A DNA stretch of 64,000 nucleotides from an uncultured Acidobacteriota bacterium (lineage in GTDB: Bacteria > Acidobacteriota > JAQAZP01): positions 896,001-960,000 of the forward strand of contig CAWIIB010000009.1 of the NCBI GenBank assembly GCA_963836075.1, written 5' to 3'. A program made the translations under genes and the position numbers. Position 1 is the stretch's first letter; each line of letters opens with the position of its first letter. Shown here piece by piece: positions 43,702 through 56,052 of this stretch. A model generated the notes under the pieces. The model ran no database searches, was not told where the DNA came from, and was given only the letters and a program-made list of their open reading frames with translations.

Positions 43702-44044
43702 CCGTCCTGATGGCGATCCTCGTCGGCGTCCTCTACGCCTGCGGCATCTACCTCATGCTGCGCCGCAACATCGTCAAGCTGATCTTCGGTCTGATGCCAT
43801 CCTGGGGCACGCCGCCAACCTGCTGATCTTCACCGTCGGCGGGCTGGTGCGGGCCAACCCGCCCCTGGCCGGCGGTCGGCGCCGACGCCCCACCGGCCGG
43901 CGTGGCCGACCCGCTGCCCCAGGCCCTGGTGCTCACGGCCATCGTCATCGGCTTCGCGCTGACCGCCTTTTTCGCCGTGCTGGTCAAGCGGGTCTTCGCC
44001 GTCACCGGCACCGACGACACCGACGCCCTGGAGGCCAGCGAATC

Positions 44045-44048
<4 letters not shown>
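43698..44048 (+). CDS. mrpC: Na+/H+ antiporter subunit MrpC (frameshifted)
   Basis: GIYLMLRRN..., [25 protein letters not shown]. Confidence 0.85.
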
Positions 44049-45584
<1,536 letters not shown>

Positions 45585-45588
<4 letters not shown>

Positions 45589-46056
45589 GGGTGTTCTGCC
45601 ATCAACGTCATCCTGGCCGTGATCTGGGCCTCGGTGCAGGGTGCCATCGACCTGGCCAACCTGGTCACCGGCTACGTCCTGGGCTACGTGGTGCTCTGGC
45701 TGATCCGGCCCGCTCTCGGCGAGACCCGCTACTTCAGCCGTGGGCCGGCAGCGGTGGGCTTTCTGCTCTTCTTCCTCAAGGAGCTGGTGGTCTCGAACCT
45801 GCGCGTGGCCTGGACGGTGCTCGGCCCCGGCACCCGCCGGCCGGGCGTGGTCGCGGTTCCGCTGGACCTGGAGGGGGACGCGGCGATCACCCTGCTGGCC
45901 AACGTGGTGACGCTGACGCCGGGCACGCTCAGCCTCGACGTTTCGCCGGACCGGCGCACCCTCTACGTGCACGGGATGTTCGTCGACGACCCGGAGGACT
46001 TCCGCCGCGAGATCAAGGACGGCTTCGAGCGCCGGATCGGGGAGCTGCTGCGATGA
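45585..46056 (+). CDS. mrpE: Na+/H+ antiporter subunit MrpE (frameshift near the start)
   Basis: [16 protein letters not shown]. Confidence 0.88.
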
Positions 46057-46328
46057 TCGCTTTCCTGGACAACGCAGGCCTGTGGCTGCTCGGGTTCCTC
46101 GGGCTGGCCCTCGTCCTGGCCTTCGTGCGCCTGCTCCGGGGGCCGAACCTGCCCGACCGGGTGGTGGCCCTCGACCTGATGACCACCATCGGCGTGGCCG
46201 TCTGCGGCGTGTACGCGGTCACCATGGACAAGCTGCTCTACCTCGATGTGGCCATCGTCATGGCGCTGATCACCTTCGTGGGCACGGTGGCCCTGGCCCG
46301 CTACCTGGAGGAGAAGAGCAAACGATGA
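46053..46328 (+). CDS. mrpF: Na+/H+ antiporter subunit MrpF
   Basis: [16 protein letters not shown]...[11 protein letters not shown]. Confidence 0.9.
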   Translation: MIAFLDNAGLWLLGFLGLALVLAFVRLLRGPNLPDRVVALDLMTTIGVAVCGVYAVTMDKLLYLDVAIVMALITFVGTVALARYLEEKSKR

Positions 46329-46705
46329 ACGGCATGCTGCTGGAGATCATCTGCCTCGTGTTGGCCGCCTTCGGCGTGTTCCTGCAGATCGTGGCCGCGG
46401 TGGGCGTTGTTCGCATGCCGGACCTGCTGACGCGCATGCACGCCTCGTCCAAGGCCGCCACCCTGGGCGCGGCGCTGATCATCCTGGCCGCGGGGATCCA
46501 CTTCGGCGGGACCGGCCCGGTGGTGCGGGCGATCCTCATCATCCTCTTCCTCTTCATCACCGCGCCCGTGGCCGCCCACATGATTGGCCGCGCCGGTTAC
46601 CGCAGCGGCGTCAAGATGGCCGACGAGACGGTGATCGATGAGTACCGGCCCTCCATCGAGGCCGACGACGGGCCCGATCCGGGGACAACCGAACAGCGCC
46701 GTTGA
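46325..46705 (+). CDS. mrpG: Na+/H+ antiporter subunit MrpG
   Basis: RMPDLLTRMHASSKAATLG, TAPVAAHMIGRA. Confidence 0.92.
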   Translation: MNGMLLEIICLVLAAFGVFLQIVAAVGVVRMPDLLTRMHASSKAATLGAALIILAAGIHFGGTGPVVRAILIILFLFITAPVAAHMIGRAGYRSGVKMADETVIDEYRPSIEADDGPDPGTTEQRR

Positions 46706-46793
46706 CTTTACTCCTGCCCTGGGTAATAGTTATCCTGATTCTGCGTCACAGCGGTCCGCGTCGTGCTGATGAGCATGCCAGACCGCTGTAACT

Positions 46794-46916
46794 TTTTCCG
46801 CAGATGGTGGTTACGGGCCGGCACTCTGGTCTGTCACCGGTTTTCAACAATCTGTCCACAGGGGTGGGCCGGGTTTTCCACAGGCGGCCAACTCCTTTTG
46901 CACATACTTTTCAACA
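46794..46916 (+). promoter_or_regulatory. Cluster of six co-oriented DnaA-box-like 9-mers
   Basis: ttttccgca 46794, ttttcaaca 46841, ctgtccaca 46852, ttttccaca 46874, ttttgcaca 46896, ttttcaaca 46908. Confidence 0.7.
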
Positions 46917-46938
46917 ACTGGCGGAAGAGCAAAGACCA

Positions 46939-49900
46939 ATGTCTGAAGAACTTTCCAAGGCGTATGAACCGGGCGAGATAGAGGCAGGGGTGAGCCGTCG
47001 CTGGCTCGAGGCCCGGGCCTTTGCCGCCACTCCCGACGAGCGGGAAAACCGCTACGTGATCATGATGCCGCTGCCCAACGTCACCGGCGCCCTGCACATC
47101 GGCCACGCCATGGACAACGTGATGCAGGACCTGCTGATCCGCTGGCACCGGATGATGGGCGACAACACCCTCTGGCTCCCCGGCACCGACCACGCCGGCA
47201 TCGCCACCCAGGCCGTGGTGGAAAAGCGGCTGCTCGAGCTGGAAGGGAAGACCCGCTACGACGTGGGCCGCGAAGGCCTGGTGGCCAAGATCTGGGAGTG
47301 GAAGGAGCAGTACCAGGCCCGGATCATCGAACAGCAGCAGCAGATGGGCTGCTCCTGCGACTGGGACCGCCAGCGGTTCACCATGGACGCGGTCTGCGCC
47401 GCGGCGGTGCGACGGACCTTCTTCCGCCTCTTTGCGCGACGGGCTGATCTACCGCGGCGACCGCATCGTCAACTGGGACTGCCACCTGCAGACCGCGGTG
47501 AGCGACGACGAGATCGTCCGTATCACAAAAAACGGCCATTTCTGGCACATCCGCTACCCGGTGATCGAACCCCGGGACGGCGAGCCGGACCACGTCACCG
47601 TGGCCACCACCCGCCCCGAGACCATGCTCGGCGACACCGCGGTGGCGGTGCACCCCGATCCCGAGGGCGCGCTGGAGAGCCAGATCGCCCAGCTGAAGGA
47701 GAAGGTCGGAGCGGCATCAGACAAGGAAAAGCCGGACCTGGAGCAGGAGCTGGCCAGCGATGGAAGAGCGGCGCGATACTCACCTGCCGCGGCTCAAGAG
47801 ACTGGCCGACATGGCCCGGGACGGGCGAAAGGTGCTGCTGCCGCTGCTGGAGCGGGAGATCCCGCTGATCCTCGACACCTGGGCCAAGCCGGAGCTGGGC
47901 TCGGGCTGCGTCAAGATCACCCCGGCCCACGACCCCAACGACTACGACGTCTGGACCCGGCACCAGGACGAGATCGAGGCGGTCAACATCCTCAACCCCG
48001 ACGGCACGCTCAACGCCAATGCCGGCGCCTACCAGGGGCTGGACCGCTTTGTCGGGCGGAAGCAGGTGGTGAAGGACCTGGAGGCCCAGGGAGCTGCTGG
48101 AGGCCGTCGAGGACCGCGAGATCGAGATCGGCCACTCCGACCGCTCCAAGACCCCCATCGAACCCTACCTCTCCAAGCAGTGGTTCGTGAAGATGGGCGA
48201 TGTGGACGGCGGCGTGGTCTTCGGCAAGGACACCCCGGGCCAGTTCACCGCCCCCGGCCTGGCCCAGGCGGCCATGGACGCCGCCGCGGGCGAGTGGACC
48301 AGCTACACCGGCAGGCAGCTGACCTTCCACCCCGACCCGGCGCGCTACTCCGGCACCTATCTCAACTGGCTTTCGGAAAAGCGCGACTGGTGCATCAGCC
48401 GCCAGCTCTGGTGGGGCCACCGCATCCCGGTCTGGCTCGCCGCCTTCGACGATGCCGACGGCCTGCGCGCCGCCATCAAGGCGATTCCCGCCGGTGAGGA
48501 CGGGCTGCTGGTCCGCATCGGCCTGCCCGACGGCGCGTCGCTGCCCGCCGCCGCGGCCGAGAGCCTGGACGGCCCCGGCCCCTTCGAACTGATGGTCTGC
48601 CCGCTGGAGAGCGGCGGAGGAGAAGCACGGCGCGGCGCTCGAGGCCGCCGGCCTGGCCCAGGACCCGGATGTGCTCGACACCTGGTTCTCCGGCGCTCTG
48701 GCCCCACTCCACCCTGGGCTGGCCCGACCCGGAGACGGCGAAGGTCAACGAGGGGCAGTCCCCGCTGGCCGCCGGCGACGGCCGCCCGGACACCCTGTCC
48801 TACTACTACCCGGGCTCCTGCCTGGTCACCGCCCGGGACATCATCACCCTCTGGGTGGCCCGGATGCTGGTGATGGGGCTCTACAACCTGGGGGACGTGC
48901 CGTTCACCGACTGCTTCATCCACGCCAACATCCAGGACGGCAAGGGCGAGCGGATGTCGCAAGTCCAAGGGCAACGGCATCGACCCGGTGGACATCATCG
49001 AAAAATACGGCACCGACGCCATGCGCTACGTGCTCTGCGAGATGCAGACCGGCACCCAGGATATCCGCCTGCCGGTGCAGGCCATCTCGCCCTTCACCGG
49101 CGAGCTGGTGGACCTGGCCAAGGCCAAACACGGCCGCAGCATCTTCACCTACATCTGCCCCGGAGTCGGGCAAGGAGTTCGACGTCCTGGGCACGATGCA
49201 GGACGTGCCGGCGGCCAAGGTGATCAGCGACCGCTTCGAGGTGGGCCGGGGCTTCTGCAACAAGCTCTGGAACGCCGCGCGCTTCGCGCTGATGAATCTC
49301 GGCGAGCACCCTTTCACGCCGCTCGAGCACCGAAGACCTGGCCCCCGAGGACCGCTGGATCCTCTCCCGTCTCGGCGGCGCCGTGCGCGGCGTGACCAGG
49401 GCGCTGGAAGAGTACAACCCCTCGGCGGCCATCGGCCTGGCCCGCAAGTTCTTCTGGGGCGACCTCTGCGACTGGTATCTGGAGATGATCAAGCCGCGGA
49501 TGAAGGACGAGGCCCAGGCCCCGGTGGCCCGCTCGGTGCTGGCCGTGGCCATCGACCGGGTGCTGCGGCTCTTCCACCCCTTCATCCCCTTCATCACCGA
49601 AGCGCTCTGGGAGCGGCTCAACGCCCAGGTCCCGCTGCGGGGGATAGAAGAGCCGCTGCCGTCGGTGGATCTGCTGATCACCGCCAACTGGCCCGACTCC
49701 TCGCGCTACAAGGGCGAACCGCGAGCTGGAGGCGGAGATGGGGCTGATGCAGTCGGTGATCCACGGCATCCGCGACCTGCGCTGGAAGTACGAGGTGCCG
49801 CCGTCCCAGCAGGTGGAGGGGCGGATCAAGGTCACCGGCGTCACCGCCGAAACGCTGACCCGGCTGGAGGCCCACGTGCGCAACCTGGCCGGCCTCTCGG

Positions 49901-50199
49901 CGCTGGTCATCGGCGGCGAGGTGACCCGCCCGGCGCTGGCCGCCACGGCGGTGGTGGGCGAGTGCGAGATCTTCCTCGCCGGGGTCCTCGACCCGGTGAA
50001 GGAGAAGGAGCGGCTGGACAAGCAGCTGGGCAAGCTGCGCAAGCAGCTGGAAGGCACGGAGAAAAAGCTGGCCAACGAGAACTTCGTCAGCCGGGCCAAG
50101 CCGGAGGTGGTGCAGGTGGAGCGCGACCGGCTGGCCGAGCTGCAGGGCCAGATCGCGCTGCTGGAGGAAAACCTCAACAGGCTGACCGAAGACGTCTAG
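46939..50199 (+). CDS. valS: Valyl-tRNA synthetase (multiple frameshifts, probably assembly errors)
   Basis: [44 protein letters not shown] and the C-terminal coiled coil. Confidence 0.93.
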
Positions 50200-50225
50200 C
50201 GGCCGGCCGTCTGCAGGTGGAACAC

Positions 50226-52490
50226 ATGGGCAACACGCTGGAAACCAGGGGTTTGCCGCGGGCCATCCTGCTTTTCTGGATTCTGATCCTCCTCATCCCC
50301 CTGCCGCTCCCTGCCGACGACACAGAACCGGGCCACCATGCGGACCGCCCGAAGATCGGCCTGGCGCTGAGCGGCGGCGGCGCCCGGGGCTGCGCCCACG
50401 TGGGCGTGCTCAAAGTGCTGGAGGCGAACAACATCCCGGTGGACTACATCGCCGGCACCAGCATGGGTGCGGTGATCGGTGGTCTCTACGCCGCCGGCCT
50501 GGACGCGGAGCGGATCGAGGAGCTTTTTGTCGCCACCGACTGGACCGACATGATGCTCGACGAGCCCCCCGGAACCAGAAATCGTTCCGGCGCAAGGAGG
50601 AGGACAGGCTCTACCTCTTCGACTTCGAGATGGGGCTCCAGGGGCTGCGCCTGAAGATGCCCAAAGGCTTCCGCCAGGGGCGCAAGCTCTCCAACCGGCT
50701 GCGGGAGTGGACTCTGCCGGTGGCCGGCATCCGCTCCTTCGACCGCCTGCCCATACCGTTCAGGGCGGTGGCCACCGACATCGGCAACGGGGAGATGGTG
50801 GTGCTGGAGCGCGGCGACCTGGTGCAGGCGATCCGGGCCAGCATGGCCATCCCCGGGGTGCTCGCGCCGGTGATGCTGGACGGCCGCCTGCTGGTGGACG
50901 GCGGCACCACCCGCAACATCCCGGTGGACGTGGTGCGGGCAATGGGCGCCGACATCGTCATCGCGGTGGACATCAGCGAGGCGCTCAAGCCGGTGGAGGA
51001 GCTGAACTCCTCGCTGGCCATCAGCAACCAGACGGTGAGCCTGCTCACCCGGCTCAACGTGGAGGAGATCCTGCCCCAGGCCGACCTGGTGCTGGTGCCC
51101 GGGGTGGAAGGGGTGGGCGCCCTCGATTTCAGCGACGTGGCCGGGCTGATCCTGGCCGGCGAGAACGAAGCGGCACGATTGGCGCCGGAGATGATACCGC
51201 TGGTCCTGCCGGCGGAGGACTACCAGGCGCTGCGCGCCGGGCAGCGGGCGCCGGAGTTCGAGCCGCCGCGGGTGGCCTCGGTCCGCGTGGAGGGGCTGGA
51301 GCGGGTGGACCAGCGGGTGATTCTCCAGCGGATCCACCTTCAGCCCGGAGACCTGCTGGACCTCGATTCCCTGCACCGCGACCTCGGCCTGATCGTTGGC
51401 CTCGGCTACTTCCAGATGGTCGACTTTTCCCTGGAGCCGACCAAAACCGGGGTGAACGTGGTGATCAACGCCCGGGAGAAGGAGTGGGGGCCCAACTACC
51501 TCCGCTTCGGCCTCAACTTCCTGATCGACCAGAGCCGCGGGGCGGCGTTCAGCCTGAGGGCGCTCTACAACGCCACCCAGATCAACCGCTTCGGCGCCGA
51601 GTGGCGCACACTGCTGACCGTGGGGCAGGAAGGTTCCATCATCACTGAGTTCTACCAGCCGTTCGACTACTCGGACAGCTTCTTTTTCGCCCCCGGGCTC
51701 ACGCTTGGCCGCCGGCCCCTCGACGAATACGAAGACGGGCACAAGATCGCCGAGTGACGATGAACAGGTGGCCCTGGGAAACCTTGATCTGGGCATGAAT
51801 CTGGGGGGGGCCGCCGAGCTGCGGGCCGGTCTTTACTACGGCGCGGCCAGGGTCTCGCTGGACACCGGCACTCCTGGAGACACCCTCACCAGCAGCGATG
51901 ATCCCGGCGGGCTCTATTCGCACAGCCCGTCCCTGGGCGGGGTGCGCGCCGGACTGCGCCTCGACCGGGTGGACCGGGTCACCTTCCCCCGGCGGGGAGT
52001 TCTGGCCGACGTGGAATACATCCTCTCGCGAACCGCACTGGGCGCCGACGACGACTACCAGCGGCTGGGCGGTTCGGGGTCGGCGTTTTTCAGCCGCGGC
52101 CGGCACACCTTTTTCGCCGGCTTCGAGGGGGGGACCAGCCTGGGCAGCACCATCCCGCCTTACCACCAGTTCACCCTCGGCGGGCTCTTCTCCCTGGCCG
52201 GCTATGCCGACATGGAGCTTCGCGGCCCCTATGCCGCGGCCGGCCGGCTCGGTTACTACGCCAGCCTGTTGAAACTCCCCACCTCCCTGGGCCAGAACAT
52301 CTACTTTGGCGGCTGGATCGAGGCAGGCAACACCTGGAACGACACCAGCGACATCAGTTTCCACAGCCTGCACGAAACCCTGGCCCTCCTGGTGGGTGCC
52401 GACACGATCATCGGGCCGGTCTATTTTGCCTGGGGCCTGGCCGAGGAAGACCGCTCCCGGCTCTACCTCTCCATCGGCGCCGGGTTCTAG
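50226..52490 (+). CDS. Patatin-like phospholipase with POTRA and Omp85-type barrel (PlpD/type Vd-like), two frameshifts
   Basis: [31 protein letters not shown] and a terminal F (YLSIGAGF). Confidence 0.85.
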
Positions 52491-52668
52491 CCCCCATTTC
52501 TCACAGTCCATCTGCTGCGGAGCCGGATATGCCTGTCCCCTTTTTAACCTTTTTGCCTGTTTTGAATAAATGTTGACAAACGCCCACACCAATGATCTAC
52601 TAAAACACTAGACTTTAGCCATTTTCAGCAAACGACATGTGGTCCCACGACCCGATGGAGAAACAACC

Positions 52669-53052
52669 ATGCGTATAGCAAAGAACGAGATTCCGGTGAA
52701 GTTCGAAGGGCCTGGCGTCCAGGCGCGGCAGCAGACAGAATTCGGTGATGCCGCGGACTACGGCATGATGGGCGGCGAGCATTTCACCGTGGCCGCCGGG
52801 GCCGATCTGGCGCCGCTGCTCAAGGGCCTTGAGGGTGACATGTGCCAGTCGCCGCACTGGGGCTACTATATCGAGGGTGAATGCACGGTGACGTACGGTG
52901 ACGGCACGGAGGAGAAAATTGCCACCGGCGACCTCTTTTTCTGGCCGGCCGGACACTCGGTGCGGATGGAAAAGGACTCCGAGTTCGTCCTCTTCAGCCC
53001 CCAGCACGAGCACACCCCGGTGATGGAGCATATCGGCCGCCAGATGACGTAA
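52669..53052 (+). CDS. Cupin-fold protein
   Basis: CQSPHWGY...GDLFFWPAGH...FSP. Confidence 0.8.
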   Translation: MRIAKNEIPVKFEGPGVQARQQTEFGDAADYGMMGGEHFTVAAGADLAPLLKGLEGDMCQSPHWGYYIEGECTVTYGDGTEEKIATGDLFFWPAGHSVRMEKDSEFVLFSPQHEHTPVMEHIGRQMT

Positions 53053-53090
53053 ACAGGAAAGATATTTCGACGAACAGAGGAGCCAGGATA

Positions 53091-53363
53091 ATGAAGTTCA
53101 TGGTCACTTATCCCTTGACGCACCATGCATACAAGGAGCGCGTCTCCCGATTCCTCAAAACAGGGGCACCGCCACCGGATGGAGTCGCCCTGCTTGGCCG
53201 CTGGTTTACCGCCAGCCACAGCATGGGGTTCATGCTGGCCGAAACCGAAGACGCCAAGGCCCTTTTCCGCTGGGTCTCAGAGTGGGCGGATCTCCTGGAT
53301 TTCACCATCGAACCGGTGGTGACCGACGACGAGGCGGGACCGATCCTCAAGGAGATGATGTAG
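53091..53363 (+). CDS. DUF3303-family protein
   Basis: RFLKTGAPPPDGVALLGRW...W.DLLDF.IEPVVTD. Confidence 0.85.
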   Translation: MKFMVTYPLTHHAYKERVSRFLKTGAPPPDGVALLGRWFTASHSMGFMLAETEDAKALFRWVSEWADLLDFTIEPVVTDDEAGPILKEMM

Positions 53364-53422
53364 ACAAGCCGAAGGCGCGCGCGATAGGTCGACCCAGGCC
53401 ACGGCGTTCCTTCGGCGAGGGC

Positions 53423-53520
53423 GTCCAACTTCTGCATGAAGCTGTGAGCCGGTCTGTCACGGCCCGCGCTTGGGAACGGTCCGAGCCGCATTGGCTCGCA
53501 GCTCATGCACATCCTCAGGC
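53423..53520 (+). other. Degenerate attC-like site 1
   Basis: GTCCAAC (RYYYAAC), then catgaagctg...gagcc...ggctcgcagctcatg; the R' box has decayed to ctcaggc. Confidence 0.55.
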
Positions 53521-53579
53521 GTCGCAACGCAGCTGGGTTCAGGAAACCAACCACCAGCACAAGAATGGAGGAATTCACA

Positions 53580-53861
53580 ATGGCAACGGCAATCATATTC
53601 CACGAAGTTCAGGATGGATCAGTCTGGGCCAATTCCTGGAAGACGGGACCAGGAAGCCGACACGAGCTGTTTGGGAAGATTGGAGTCAAGTGCCGCAATT
53701 TCCGCGATCCCAAAAACCCGAATGCGACGGGCCTCATGGCGGAGATTCCCGATATGGCGAAATTCGAGGAGTTGCTGCAGTCTGCCGAAGGCCAGAAGGC
53801 AATGCAGGAGGACGGCCTGAAGGTCGAGACAATGCGAATGCTGGTCGAGTTCACGCCGTAG
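53580..53861 (+). CDS. Small hypothetical protein (93 aa), cassette-like
   Basis: Strong GGAGG ribosome-binding site; MATAIIFHEVQDG...EFTP; lies between the two attC-like sites. Confidence 0.75.
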   Translation: MATAIIFHEVQDGSVWANSWKTGPGSRHELFGKIGVKCRNFRDPKNPNATGLMAEIPDMAKFEELLQSAEGQKAMQEDGLKVETMRMLVEFTP

Positions 53862-53880
53862 CTGGAGAACCAGTCGAACC

Positions 53881-53940
53881 GCCTGATTTTCGGTTGCAGC
53901 GGACGGCGCTCTTCGCCGCCGCTCAACCGGAGCGTTACCT
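53881..53940 (+). other. Degenerate attC-like site 2
   Basis: gcctgat...cggttgcagcggacggcg ctctt cgccgccgctcaaccg..gcGTTacct forms an imperfect hairpin with attC-type unpaired bases. Confidence 0.65.
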
Positions 53941-54101
53941 GCCCCTTTGTTGGGTTACGACACGATAGTTCCTGTCACTCATTTCACGAGTTAATTGGTT
54001 ACCTGTCCCCTTTTTATCCCCTTTTTATCCTCCCCACACCGATGTGCTAAAATCTCACCAACCGGTCGTTGTTGTCAGATACGTAGAGAAAGAACCCCAC
54101 A

Positions 54102-55514
54102 ATGGCGAGAGCTGAACCCGCTCCCGAGAGCAAGGGCCTGATCGGGAGGTTCGTTGATTCCGTCGTCCAGACGGAGCGCCAGCGGCGGCAGTCGCGGCGG
54201 GGCAGCCTGGTCTTTCACCTCCACCCGCCCACCCTGCCCCAGCGGACGCTTCGTCTGAGCCTCACCTGGGGCCTGGGGGGAATGGGCCTGGTGCTGGTGC
54301 TGCTGCTGGCCCTCACCGGGACGCTGCTGCTCTTCGTCTACGAGCCGTTTCCCGGCAGCGCCTACATCTCGATCCACACCCTGCAGGACGAGGTACTGTT
54401 TGGCCAGCTGGTGCGCAACATCCACCACTGGAGCGCCAACCTGCTGGTCATCGTCTCGCTGCTCCACCTGCTGCGGGTCTTCTTCACCGGCGGCTTTTAC
54501 GCCCCGCGGCAGTTCAACTGGCTCATCGGTCTGGGCCTCTTCGGTCTGGTGCTGGCCGCCAACTTCACCGGCTACCTGCTGCCCTGGGACCAGCTCTCCT
54601 ACTGGGCGATCACCATCTGCACCGGAATGATCGAGTATTTGCCCTGGCTGGGCCCCGGCCTGCAGAAATGGGTCCGCGGCGGGGCGGAGATCGGCCCGCG
54701 CACCCTGCTGATCTTCTTCACCGTGCACACCGCGCTGATCCCGGTGCTGCTGGTGGTGGCCATGCCCTTCCACTTCTGGCGGGTGCGCAAGGCCGGCGGC
54801 GTGGTGGTCCCGCCACCCCCCGAGGGCAGCGAAGAGGAACGCCCGGCCAGGGTCCCCTCGGTGCCCCACCTGGTGCTCCGCGAGCTGGTGCTGGGCCTCC
54901 TGCTCATCGCCTTTGTCCTGCTCATCGCCGTCCTGTTCAACGCCCCGCTGGCCGGGGAGGCCAACCCGGGGATGAGCCCCGACCCGGCCAAGGCCCCCTG
55001 GTATTTTCTGGGGATCCAGGAACTGCTGTTCCACTTCCACCCGCTCTTTGCGGTTCTGGTGATCCCACTGGCCCTGGTCCTGGGCTTGTTGCTCATCCCC
55101 TACCTGCGTTATGCCGAGACGGCGCCGGGCACCTGGTTCCAGACGGCCAACGGTCGGCGCACCGGGCTCATCGCGGCCGTCACCGCGCTCGTCGCCACAC
55201 CGGCGGCGGTGGTGATCGACGACCGCCTGCTCCGTTTCGCCGACTGGATGCCGGGGGTTCACCCGGCGCTCAGCGAGGGTCTGCTGCCGGCGGTCCTGGT
55301 GGTCCTTGCCGTCACCGGCTTCTGCTTCTGGCTGAACAAGCACCACCAGCCCACCCGCGCCGAGCTGGTGCAGGCCGTCTTCATCCTCCTGCTGGCGGCC
55401 TTCGTGGTGCTCACCGTCACCGGCATCTGGTTCCGCGGCTCGGGCATGGCCCTCTGCTGGCCCTGGAACCGCGGGGCGCCGGCCGGGCTGTCGATCTTCA
55501 CTGGAGGGCCGTGA
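54102..55514 (+). CDS. Cytochrome b (b6 and subunit IV fused) of a Rieske/cytochrome b complex
   Basis: RNIHHWSAN...LHLLRVFFTG, FTGYLLPWDQ, VHT...FHFW; Qo-site motif APWY. Confidence 0.92.
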   Translation: MARAEPAPESKGLIGRFVDSVVQTERQRRQSRRGSLVFHLHPPTLPQRTLRLSLTWGLGGMGLVLVLLLALTGTLLLFVYEPFPGSAYISIHTLQDEVLFGQLVRNIHHWSANLLVIVSLLHLLRVFFTGGFYAPRQFNWLIGLGLFGLVLAANFTGYLLPWDQLSYWAITICTGMIEYLPWLGPGLQKWVRGGAEIGPRTLLIFFTVHTALIPVLLVVAMPFHFWRVRKAGGVVVPPPPEGSEEERPARVPSVPHLVLRELVLGLLLIAFVLLIAVLFNAPLAGEANPGMSPDPAKAPWYFLGIQELLFHFHPLFAVLVIPLALVLGLLLIPYLRYAETAPGTWFQTANGRRTGLIAAVTALVATPAAVVIDDRLLRFADWMPGVHPALSEGLLPAVLVVLAVTGFCFWLNKHHQPTRAELVQAVFILLLAAFVVLTVTGIWFRGSGMALCWPWNRGAPAGLSIFTGGP

Positions 55515-55515
55515 T

Positions 55516-56043
55516 GTGAGCGCGAAAAGGAAAAAACAGGTGGATGCGAAACCCGCCGCGCCGCAACAGCCGGCCCGGCGCAGCTTCCTGCGCACGCTCT
55601 GGATCGGTCTGGGCATCGTCGCCCTGGCCGAAGCCGCCGGTCTGGCCGTGGCCTTCCTCCGGCCGTGGAAACCGAAACCGGGGGCCGACGCATTCGGCGG
55701 GGTGATCAATGCCGGCACCATCGACCAGTTTGAAGCCGGCTCGGTGACCCCCTTCCGCCGCGGCCAGTTCTACCTCGTGCGGCTGGAGGACGGCGGTCTC
55801 CTCGCCCTCTCGCGCAAGTGCACCCACCTCGGCTGCACGGTGAACTGGCAGTCCGAGCAGCAGCGTTTTGTCTGCCCCTGCCACGCGTCGGTTTTTGACG
55901 CCACCGGCAGCGTGCTCACCGCGCCGGCCCCCCGGCCGCTGGATCTCTTCGAGATCCGTATCGAGAACCGCACGATCAAGGTGGACACGGAGAAGCCGGT
56001 CCGCCGCAGCGTGAGCGACCCGTCTCAGGTCACCCGGGTCTGA
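55516..56043 (+). CDS. Rieske 2Fe-2S protein with a Tat signal
   Basis: RRSFL, CTHLGC, CPCHAS. Confidence 0.93.
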   Translation: MSAKRKKQVDAKPAAPQQPARRSFLRTLWIGLGIVALAEAAGLAVAFLRPWKPKPGADAFGGVINAGTIDQFEAGSVTPFRRGQFYLVRLEDGGLLALSRKCTHLGCTVNWQSEQQRFVCPCHASVFDATGSVLTAPAPRPLDLFEIRIENRTIKVDTEKPVRRSVSDPSQVTRV

Positions 56044-56052
56044 AGAGTGACG

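Noticed and set aside
46760-46790. Hammerhead ribozyme (CTGATGAG)
   Set aside because: No GAAA follows a stem II and no cleavage-site stem III is present; it is only a hairpin.
46939-50199. valS and the mrp operon as true pseudogenes or programmed frameshift genes
   Set aside because: Indels are numerous, fall at non-slippery sites and hit an essential gene whose motifs are intact; assembly error is the simplest explanation.
51750-51765. TGA readthrough or selenocysteine in the patatin-barrel gene
   Set aside because: The downstream coding continues in a different frame; removing one G restores GAG TAC GAT, so this is an indel.
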